NCBI GenBank assembly: GCA_965644265.1
Contig: OZ286467.1
Coordinates: 18,538,001 to 18,602,000, forward strand
Source: Glycera tridactyla
Taxonomy: Eukaryota
Length of the DNA: 64,000 bases
Reading direction: 5' to 3'
Position 1 is the first letter of the stretch, and each line of letters opens with the position of its first letter. The position numbers and the translations under genes are program-made. A model generated the notes under the pieces. The model did not search any database, was not told the origin of the DNA, and saw only the letters and a list, made by a program, of their open reading frames with translations. Below, piece after piece: positions 37,756 through 49,378 of this stretch.

Positions 37756-40700
37756 TTTTTCGATCCATCATCCCAAACACCTGCCCAACGACCTGTCAAT
37801 TCACCCAGCCAGCCAGTCAGTCAGCAATCCTGTCATCCACCGAGGAACTCACCCATTTCTCCCACCCATCCTTCCTTTCATCCAACCGTCCATCCATTCA
37901 TTCATCTTCCTATTTCAATGTCACCTGCCTTCACCCCTCCCTTCACTTTGCTCGGTACAGGTAGAGATACACGGGTCCAATCAGCAAAGTATGATTACAT
38001 TCATGCTATCAATCAATGTATGAAGAATAGGATCCTTCCAAGTGCCGAGTTCTGACGTCCTTGCCGAGCCAGCGTATTCCTGTCCGATCCATTACAAGTT
38101 GATTTTTCCATCTATATCGATCGGTGATAACGGATAAAATCAACCTTCGGTCAGGGTTTGATGACATCAATCATCGTGATGCATTATGTACATCAAGCAT
38201 GTTACTTCACATCGGTAATATCCAAGTCAATTATTCCAAATCTGAAGATCCCTCAATATCGCATCAAATTCCGACCATAAAAAAAAGTTGAGAATGAGAT
38301 TGGTATAGGGAATGCAGATGCAGCTTATTTGCTTATTCAGAGGACAGACTGGTCGCAAAATTTGCGAGGATAAACTTGGTCAACGTGTTCAAATGTTTGC
38401 ATATGAATATGGAATGTGTATATCAAGCAAATCCTCTCCGATCAATGTTAGGTCTTTCTTTAGGCAATTATGTTCTAGAAATATAAGTTGATCTTTCCAT
38501 AGGCGATGACGTTCCAGAAATATAGCTATGAGAGGACGGCATGTGTTGTGCTCACACTTCAATGTTTGGTTTTGGACTTGGTATGCATTTGCACCCTGGT
38601 TAATTACCCGGTGTTTCATCTCGATTTACCATTTCCAAATGTTTTGATGGGCTTTACTATGCTACCCTGTGTTGTTTTTGGTTTATTCATCAATCGCCAT
38701 GCACACTTGTCAAATATAGAACATTCTGTACTATATTGCCTCATGGTGTGACTTAATCCAACTCTCTTCTTTTATTTCAAATATTTTATATTTCCAACAG
38801 TCATTATCTAGTACTTTTCCTTTTCCCACTCCTATGCCAATCTATATCTCGCAGGAATATCATAATATGAAGTGGTGGTCGATCACCGCTGTTCTAAAAG
38901 CAATACCGCGAGGTTCCGAGTCCAGAACGCTTCAACCTGTCATTTTCCCGGGCAGGCGTGGACGGATCCGTCGATGGTAGAACACCGCAGCCACTATATA
39001 AACATAAAGATGAATCATGATTTCATATCATAGATCAACAACCTCTGCCCCCGTCTGTAGTCCATCAACAAGAACGACAAGATCGTTCGGATAAGATTCT
39101 ACTTTGGATATTAGATAGGGCGGGTATTAGAATCAACGCCTACTTTACCATCAGCGATTCATCAGTCTAAACTGAGGTTGCTGATGATTCTCATATTCAG
39201 AACAAGTTAGCTGAATCACCAGTGCTGAATTACCGCACATGCATGTCATTGAAACGTCCAGCCGAAGTTATTTTCATGAGCGTGGGTTCCACGAGAGATC
39301 CTATTACCATTGCTGCGATACCACTTTCTCATTGCTCCGCCGGACTGGCTATAGAAAACATTGAATGAACAATAGATGCATCTCCATCGAGGAAGTACAA
39401 TAGAAAATAAAAAGGGTACAACCTACCATGAGAAATGCATAATTGAATTGGACAGGTCCACTTCCAGGAAGTCATGTACCATGGATGACGTCATATATGA
39501 AAAGTCACACCCTAAATGATGACGCGAGAATACAGAATTTCTTTTTATTATAGCTGTCAAAGATGAGATAGGAGTCTTCCTCTGCCTGGGACACACCACG
39601 GACATCACCAATATTAATAATCCGGTCTTGATCCACATCCCTGCTGATGAATATTCCTCGACATGAACAACATCCCAGGGTGAATCCCGTGCGACTTCCT
39701 CTCGACGCTAGATGGATGAGGGAAGAAGAAGCCACTCGAATCACTATCAATTGTCTAGCAAGCGAGCATTATCCCTGACCCCCGTAAGCATTGTTCGTTA
39801 GGCATGATTAGAAAAACGCATGCAAAAATGGTGGTCAAAATTTGGCCAATCGGCCCATGATGAATTGATCCACACTGTGAGTCGACCCCATACCAATATG
39901 CGATGAAAATGAGTGTGGATACATGGAATATGTGACAGACTAGTCCAACCGAAATTCCCTCTACCTTCACAGAATAGAATCAGAACAGATCAGAACAATT
40001 TCAGTATTCATGTGACGGATGATCAGGAATGTGCGGAAAGAGTGTAGTTTTTTGCTCACACTCTTTCTGTGGATGGCTATTGACACGCTGAAGATTGTGA
40101 CGAAGACGAAGACGATGACGATGATGGTGCCTTGACCATGACCATAATGGTAATGATGATGACAATGATAATCTCACTATTGTATTTCGTGGTGATGGAA
40201 AAACTGGGCACATGAACCATGAACGTCTGAATATCTGTGCTTTCGTGTGGAGATTGCATCACTGGGAAAGATGGATCGAATGATGTATGCATAACCCTGT
40301 CCCCAACATTAATCATCTGTACATTTTCAAGTCATGAATCTTTTTTCTTCAAAGAGATACTTCAGGCTGCACCACCCAATCAACTCTACAGTTTTTGCTC
40401 TTTTGGTTTGTCACCACAATGACATGACGTGGTTTAAGATGCTCCAAACCGACCATCATTTCACGATATAGCTAAAGAATATCGGTTTTGTAGACACTGG
40501 GCTGTTCACGATGTGTAGGCTTGTTCGCTCAGATGTTTTGCAAGTTCAGCAATTACAACCGATGGAAAAATCCAAGATGAAAAAGGGCAGCCTACTTCAG
40601 GGCTCATGGTCAATCTCAACTACTTCAATACTTTCAGCTGGTTCTAAGGGTCGAACAGGTAGCCACAGAGAAAAAACATTCTGCAAAATTTGATTACGGT

Positions 40701-43579
40701 GTGGCATACATGAAAACGAAGAGATAGACCTGGATTACTGATAAATCAAGATTGCTCATGTTCAACATTACGCCATGGAAGCTAATAAGAAAGTTACCGC
40801 TCTGGGTATGCTGGTGGGTTACTAGCGATAAGTACAATCGCCATTATATAGTGCGCTGAATGAAGATGGGGGCATATCAGAGCTCGTGCAGCCCCAGTTC
40901 TCACGACCATGACCTCATAACCACTGTCATCACCCGTGATGATGCAAGGGGATTACCCTAGATGATATACTCTATTCTATGCTAGCTAGCCAGCGTACTT
41001 CAAGATGAGGTTCATAGCTGCTGGTCTGATTACGTAATAGCTCCCATTATGGTCGCTTCATTACACATGGTGAATTCACGCACCTACCATCAGAGTGGCC
41101 TCAGAATTTTGGAACTCAGACAAAGTATACTTGTCTTGCAACCCATGTCCTTTTGTTAGCCTTTTCTGATTCCTGATCTGATCCACTTTTTCATCTCTTC
41201 AAGAGTGTATTTTTAGTAATTCCCACTCAATGAGCAGAGGCTATCAAACGACAGATGCATTGTGAACCTTCTTTATGACCATAGATGATCATGGATGTAT
41301 TCAGCATCTGAATTGAAAGGCCCGCTCTCGTCATCCAATATGTCTATGATTATATCATGATTTTCTTTTTTTTTCTCAATTGATTAGACTTCCTAGGAGA
41401 AGAAAATGTGCTGACCTCCGTTATGGTGACGGTCACATGAGACATCCCCAATCTAGGACTAACAATATGGACCACTGTCCTGCGTTAGTCAAAACTCTTG
41501 ATGATGCCCTCCATTTCCTGCAACGCAATCAAATGAAGAGCAGGAAGGCCATCTCACCCATATATCAGGGAGAGGATATGGAACTCACCTCCATCAACAT
41601 TACATCAGTGCAGTACGGTCAATTGTCCTTTCACATGAAATGCCATCGACGCACACAGAATCTATGCACATTTTCGATTCATGGATTTCATTGAGGCCGA
41701 TTTTCCCTAATTGTAGGCTTTGTCGGTTTGAATCGATGATACACTGGGGAAGAATTTAACAAGCTCCAATTGATGGATATTCTATCACATTTAAAGACAG
41801 TGGATAAGAAATCTAGCTTCTTGCCGAAGTTACGATGAGCATAGATATTATTTTTTCTAGAGATCTACCAACGACTCATCACGATGAGTAACGAAATTGT
41901 ATGATGCTTCTAGAATTGAGGGTGTCGTGATTCCAGGTATTGCAGCCAAAGTTTGGGCTGATGGAGGACAAATGGATGGAGTTAGTTAAATGCCTTCACT
42001 GATTATCCCGTCAGTCGTTAGCATTTCCGTCAAGATAATCATGATCACCTTTGAAAAGTAATTAGTGAACATGCGAAGACGAATTTGTTATCATCGCCAT
42101 CACGATTCAATTCATACCTATCTAGTGAATATCACTAACCAATCTAATCTGGATCATGATGGTATGTGATACTGTCGGATTGACAGTCATGGCATCACCG
42201 GAATTAGGGCTAAAAAAATTCATTGTTTGTCAAAAGAAATTCATTCCCGATTCAGCTCGGCTGGTTTCCTCTGCATGATAACAAGCAGCCCCGAATGTGT
42301 GAGGCAGAGGAATAGTTTCTTAGCGAAGCCGCACTCCCATAATATTCGATAGACTTGAGCCATAGTAAATCTGTCGAGCTTATTTCTTCATTCACAAAAG
42401 TGCAAAGTCCACATCAAGTCGTATCACGGGATGTTACACATCTTGAATGGCACGTATCAGGCTCATTCATGGCATCACCAAATCCAACCCTTTCTACATT
42501 GCAACATCGGTGTAAACCATGGAGAGTCCAAAGCGGACAGTCTGCATGAAAGATTCTATGAAGTCGAACTACAACCAATATAACCACTTAAGAGATAGCA
42601 AATCTATCTACCAAGTGTGTGACTCAAGTTTCAGTATTGTCTTCGATGTCTTGGTATTGTGCCGGAAGTATAGCAAGCGGGTGACAATTGGATTATTGTT
42701 CGGATATATCTATAGGATTCACAGGTGTTCCGTTCGGAGCAATTACAACTAGGCTCTGCATTTCAGGACCAGCGTTTATGACACCTAACCATGGATTCCT
42801 CATGAATAATGAAATCAACTAGCACCAACGTAACCAACAAAACCAGGCGTCATTTCACCATTGCATGTGTGTACTCATGACTGACTCGATTAATCCCATT
42901 TGCTATGGATTCGGAGACACGTCTTGTGAAATGTTTGACATCACACAGCATCGACTACCCTTGATCCACTATGTTCCACCCTCACAGCTACTGAGTCATA
43001 CAGATAGCATCCGGAGAAAGGGATGATGAAAATGCATTCATTCTGTTTGTGATACTAATTTCATCCCAGAAATACAATTCAGGCATCTTAGGATACAGGG
43101 CTTTCTATATATTTGTTAAAAGTTTGATTTGATGATCTGTTGTATGTAGATAATTCCATAAAATGTAATGAAACCAATATTCGACTGGCGATCTCCAATG
43201 GACAAATGTGGCCAGCTCGAATATTCTCGAACTTTGCACTCGTGATGCCGGCTGTGCTGATTGACAATATATCAGGTGCCAAGCATCCAGTCCTCATATA
43301 ATGTCACCTTGTCCTTATGAATATATGTGTCTGTCAATTCAGACCTGGCGAAAGCACTAATAAATGTGGCGCGTGTGCTGGGAAATATGCCCATATATTT
43401 ATTATGCCATGCCTATTAGTGCTTTTCCTCTCCATGACTGACAAGAGTTCTCTACCAAGCAACATCATCACCCAGTGCTGAGTCGGCGTACGAAATACCA
43501 AAAGCGACGAAATTCATCATCCAAAAGCAGATCTGCACCACTACACCATGGACCGCCATTAGGGACTTCATTCCCTGAT

Positions 43580-43745
43580 TTCTTTCCCATAATTCGATTC
43601 ATTGAAATCCATATTTTGGGTGAAAAATCCATGATTCATCTAATGATCTCCCGGATTTAATTATGGGCAGCCCTGATCATTTGAATATGTTGGGATTTCA
43701 CTGATTTGAATTATGGAGAGCCATATTTTGTCAAGGAGAAAAATG
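43580..43745. repeat. MITE-like repeat, copy A (upstream of the plus-strand LINE)
   Basis: Imperfect inverted ends CCATAATTCGATTC / GATTTGAATTATGG. The 43 bp at 43698-43740 match 53135-53177 with 2 mismatches. Confidence 0.6.
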
Positions 43746-43884
43746 AACGCCATCAGTGACTCAATTTCCTAAATTGGTAGGATGGCCGCCACCGGGTAAC
43801 ACGCTTCGTCTTGGGGGGGGGGAGCAAAAGTCGCTATTTTGTACGAATGGAACAGTCATCGCCCTCATTTGATCGCACGATATT

Positions 43885-46800
43885 ATGGATAAACCCCCTC
43901 TCATCAGAGCCAAACGATGACTAGCTCCGGGAAAATCTCTCAAGTTCTCCATTCGGGACTTTTTCAACTTGAATAGCAGCAGTAAGTCGGACGATAATAC
44001 CTCAGTTTGCCTGTCACCACAGTCCATTAACCCTGTTGCCCCGGTCACGCAAACACAAACAAACTCGGCCTCCCCTGCCTGGACCCTGCCAGTCACGCTC
44101 CGCATAACATCGGGGGCAATGGACTCAGAGTCACCGATCACGGGAGGCACTCCCGAGAGCGAGTCCCCGCAGATGCAACCCCTCCAGATGGACCAGGCGA
44201 CCCCAGTGCCATAGTCGTCAATAATAGCGCTTGTTAGTTCTATTACTAAACAACCCAGAAGGAGGAGTCTTGGAAGATCCCACCCATGCCCATTGCATGG
44301 GCGTCACAATATAGCCCAGATGGAGCTGACGTGACGTTAAACCCCCAACAAAACAAAACAAACAAACATTACTAAACAACCTGATGATAATACTACTAGT
44401 ACATACATTGCATCTGCCCCCACGTCTACGCAACTGAAGTCCTCTCCGAGTGAGCTGATAAATACAAACCTTATTGACATGCTCAGCTGTCCTTCCACTC
44501 ATCAATCTAATGGGGAGCCACCAGGACCCTTAATACCAGGAACAACTACTGCTGCCCCCAATGCCGTGCCAACCACTGCTACCACCACTGAGATCGAACA
44601 GCCACCACCCGTTTCTGTCATTCCTCAGGCTGATCCCAATGATCATGCAGATTTGATCAACTGTGCTACCAAATTCACTGCTGATTCCAGCCATGTCGCC
44701 CTCGGAAATCTTAATCAACTCATCATGACTCGCTCTTGCTCACTCCCCCTCAATATGTGTAGATGATCTCCCTCAAGATGTGAATCTTGGTACCTCAAAT
44801 GCTCTGTCTGATATCAAATTTGACACCAGATCACTCCGCTCACTTCATCATGATGGGATTCCACCGCTAAATACGTCTTCTTGTGTCTCAATCAAAAAAC
44901 TTGAGTTTGACTTCAATCCACCCACACCTGCGCCCTCAGACCTATCTATCAATGCCTCTATGATGAAATTGCCAGTCGACATCAATTTTCTGCAGAATTC
45001 CCAAATTGATGTCAACATCGCTAGCACCGAAACACCGATATTCTTTGAGGCAGCAAAAGCTGACCCTCCAGCTGAGTCTTGCAGTGACGTTGGCGCAGAC
45101 GCTGCTGACATTGATGACATCAAAGTTGAAGCTAACGACAGTATGCTTATAATTCACACTCCCAAACGGGCCATCTCAAGTAAAAAATCTGACTCACAAA
45201 TCAACCTAGCCAATGTCACTAGGGATACTGCGGGTACTACGGGCACAGAGGATACTGACAGTAGTGTATCCCCCCTTGACAGATCCAAGTCAATGCTATT
45301 AGACGGCGTGGCCCCCCTCCTCCTGCCCATGATGACGACTTAAAAACCGAGCGCAAACGAGTCATCAAGCATGTCTCACCTAGTACGCCAGAAGACGAGA
45401 GAGTCCAAAAGAGGGAAGCTCCACACTCCCTCCCCCCTAAGTAGCATTGGTGAGAGAGCGGACACAAATCAACACGAGTCGTTCATTGATCAACCCAGTG
45501 TTCACTCCACCCCCTCCCGCATCTGTCCTGCTCAGGTCACCTCGTCACAATCAGCTGACTATGAAGTCATGACACTTGGCTCTCCATCTTCTGGATATAT
45601 TCCAAATGGTCAAGGTAGCCCCACCGGTAACATTTCCTAAACAATCAGTGAGCCACCTGAATATCTCGCCGACTCCAATGCACTTGCTAATGGTTTGACA
45701 ACAACCATTGATCAGTCAATCCAGGTGAACCTTCCTCTTCACCCGGGTCTCTTACGTGATATTAAGCTCGAAGTCAAGAATGAGGTCATGGGCCATTTGA
45801 ATCAAATCATTGCCGATCTCAATGATAAGGTAGCTATATCCCACTTAGAAACATCCGAGAAAATCAAGCATGGACTCAAAATCGAATTGGATTCTAGTAT
45901 CACTGACATGATCAAAACAGAAACCAAGTCAGCCGAGAAGCTTATCAGAGAAAGTTTAGCCCCTGATCTGAAGTCCATCACTGCCAATATCAAGGCAGAA
46001 ATGTCAGTAGCTGAGAAGTATATTCGTGAAAGCCTGGTGAATGGAGTCACAAAGGACATAGCTCGCACAGACCAATCCCTGTTGCTACTCGAGCGTGAAG
46101 TCAAACCTGTTCTTGAAGCCTCCAAAACTGACAATAAGGCGCCACCCAAGCCCTCAACCACAGACAAGCACACGTCTGAAGCTGGTCAACATGGCACAGG
46201 TAGTCTCAAACCCGCCCCTCTGCCTGACAGAGTCGTTGCTGGTATCATCTCAGAGGTTCAAAAAGTCACGGATGCTAAGATCAACTTGATGCTCCCCTAG
46301 AAGCCAAAATTGAGAAAGTTGGCACTCGTATTGATGGCCTCGAACTGTCAGATCGTATAAACAGCCTGATCGTTGAGGGCTTAGATATTGACCCTCAATA
46401 TTCTATCACCTCTAATGTAGTTTTCTACCTCAATGCAAAGCTAGGCATGAATCTGAGTATATCTGATGTGGTGAAGTCATCCTATGTAGGTCGTCCTGGC
46501 AGATTCAAACGCCCTATACTTATGAAATTCAAAGACGTTGATGCTAAAAGAAGTATGATGCGAAGAAAAGGTGCACTAGCAGGCAGCCATGTCCAAAAAT
46601 AACTCCCTGTATTATGAGGCTAGGGAAGCACGACGTCGGCATATCTTTAACAAAGTATGATGGGGTCTGCGGGGGACAAAGCATCATGGTGCACTGCCTG
46701 AATTGGTTACTATGGAGATGTGTTCTGCTTCCACACCTGCCCAGGAACCACCTCCACAACACACCACTACGGGAGAACCCGCCACTTCCACACATGACCC

Positions 46801-47251
46801 CCCCAGGGGATCCAGCTTTGAACAATTCATCCAAACCCCAACATTCCATGACTAATCCCCAGTCACCTCCAACCATACCTGACCACCAACCACCCCAGTC
46901 ACGTGCCCCTCCCCTACTACAAGCCCCAAACATGTGTAACAACCTGAACCAGAACCATCGCCTTCACTTTGGGCACCAACAGCAATCACCTTCATGGATC
47001 CAGAATAGCTATGACCATCAGTGGAACATGAATAGCACAGATAACAATAACCATGGGATTCCCCCCTGATGGGTAACCTCCGACCTACTGCTCCTCCCTT
47101 TTACCCAAATCAAGCCCCCCCCCCCCCCCCCAGGGTATCCCGCCCATCAGGTGTCCAGCAACTATAACTGGCTCCAGAGTAGTTATCCTCAACCACAATA
47201 TCAACAGTCTTACCACAACAACAACCAACAATGGCACCAGTGAAGGCCTAA
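43885..47251 (+). pseudogene. Disrupted ORF1 of the plus-strand LINE (S/T/P-rich N-terminus, coiled-coil-like segment, RRM-like domain, P/Q/N-rich tail)
   Basis: Chain of plus-strand ORFs at 43969, 44479, 44780, 45371 and 45695. My manual translation of about 46294-46602 gives LEAKIEKVGTRIDGLELSDRINSLIVEGLD...SISDVVKSSYVGRPGRFKRPILMKFKDVDAKRSMMRRKGAL, which resembles the LE..SR..NL.I.G...RPI.V.F pattern of LINE ORF1 RRM domains. In-frame ATG at 43885 (MDKPPLIRAKR*). End position is approximate. Confidence 0.75.
44256..44367 (+). mobile_element. 5'-truncated SINE-like retroposon, family B, nested in LINE ORF1
   Basis: 14-bp TSD ATTACTAAACAACC at 44242-44255 and 44368-44381; (CAAAA)n tail. Shares TGCATGGGCGTCACAATATAGC..GCTGACGTGACGTT.AACC with 16735-16783. 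Removing it restores the ORF1 frame. Confidence 0.88.
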
Positions 47252-49378
47252 CTGATGTGTACAATCTCCTGATCGACCCAGTTCATACTGATCTTTATGT
47301 GTCTACATGTCTTTGCCTCTCTCAGTTGAATAGAGGGACAACCCACATTTAACTGTCTTGTTGTCTATTGATCTGATGTGCCAGCCACTCTTATCCACAT
47401 GGTATCAACTCTGTCCTTTGATAATGATTTATGAATGATTTGTACATGATTCCCTTGACTCATAGTCTTCACCTCACTTACATTCAGACACATCCTTCAT
47501 TTCCACCAGATGTCACTTATAGTTCCCATGAACGGATTGTCTTACTCATGTACATGTAACCTGAGCTTGCTAGTTTACTTGTGTATGACGTGTTGTGAGT
47601 TTATTTAATCCACCATATGAAGTTGTACCAGTGTCCATACACGAGACTCCGGGATTGATACCTCTTTCCTAATTCTTTTTGGAACTATCTTGCATGAATG
47701 TGCGCCAATCAAGTAGAACCATCGTTTCTATGACTAGAACTTATACACATAGGATTAGTCCATACGTGAATACTCTATCTGATGTTTCCGATGTCCTTTC
47801 ACAATATGAGTTGACTTGCTGATGAATCAAGTATTCTTGACTCATGGTATGTTTTTCTTCTTTACTTCTATGCTAATGTAATGACTGAAACAACATACGC
47901 AGTTCACTATCTGATAACATGTTTTGATTCTGAATCAGGAGTTGGTGTTTATCTGCAAAATGACTTGCGTTGTTCATGAATCAAATATTCTTGATTCTTG
48001 GTATGCTTTTGCTTATGATTTCAACCACACATTGTTTAATGATGCAACATATGACAGTCGTCAATGGTAACTTGCCCTGGTTGTGAATCAAGTGTTCTCA
48101 AATCATACTTACATACATTTTGCACTTGATGCTAATTTGGTGATAGCTTGTATATAGCCATTGATCTATCTACAATGTTAAGTGTACATGATGTGTGCTG
48201 TCCGCGAAGTAGATGTTTATTATCCATTTTTCATTAGTGTATTTTTCACTATTTCTAGTACATGGTGTGTCTTAGTACGTTCATTCAGATGTCGATCAGT
48301 GCTCACTTGACACTTGTATGTTTTACCTTAGGATTAACAACTGAACGCACAGCAATATCTAGTCAGCATCTAGCGTTGATCATTTTGCTAATTTTGAGAC
48401 TTTCCACCTCCAACATATGTTATGTAACATTTCCTACAACCATCAACCTGGCACCCTGGGACTCCTGACTTCTGCCCATCAATGTACCTAACATACTTAC
48501 ACCCACACACATTTCCAGCTAGACACCTTCGTGAACTGATTAGTCACTGCCAACCAGTGTCTTTCCTGATTCATCTGGCTCCCAGCCATTCTTATATTCC
48601 TCTAACTATGTGTCAACACCTCAACACTTGCCCCCACAGTAACGCTGTCTATCTCTCCTACATATTTAGAATTCGATGCTGATGTACAACACTATGAGTA
48701 TGTCTCAGTTGCCAGACTATGATGATTTGACTAGATATTACAAGTGTCGCTGTGGAGGGTTGAGTTTTGCATGTCACCCCGCCGCACTTTCATTTTATGT
48801 TTGTTTAGTTGCCTATACACCTGTTGGCAACCAGTAATCATGATCGTTCACAGAAACTATTTAACTCAATTCCTGACCACACCAGAGGAATGCTTCATGT
48901 TATGTCAATCTTTTCTGTCCCGTGCAACCAACCATCCCATCCAGGTCTATCCTCAATTCATGGGGTGATATCATGGCGTGATGATCCCATACCTCTCATT
49001 GACCTCTGACCTCGCATTAATCCTTATCTCCCCTCAGGTAGCATCGTCTCTCTCTCATGAAATAGTGTTGTCTCCTAACCCCGCACCCATCACAGATTGC
49101 TGCCTCCAACACGCCCACCATCACCAACAGGAATACGCGCCCTAGAATGCCATCTACTGTTTTCTATTGCAGATTGCACCAGGCGCAGCTCTTGTGTCTT
49201 TTATTGCCACCAAATTATAAAGTTACTCCGGCTTTGCTTCTATGTACACAACTTTTTTGTGCTGATCATGTTGTTTCATTCTTGCTCTCCCCCACCAACC
49301 TGCTTGTATGTTAAACAGTTGGGCACCCTGTATATGAATCTATTTCTTGCAGCATAATCACATGCCCTTAATGGCACA

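Noticed and set aside
39552-39680. Plus-strand acceptor followed by VKDEIGVFLCLGHTTDITNINNPVLIHIPADEYSST*
   Set aside because: Isolated, no recognisable motif, and no compatible upstream exon found.
41589-41660. Strong minus-strand donor GAG|GTGAGT at about 41588
   Set aside because: All three frames upstream of the donor close within a few codons; no usable coding exon.
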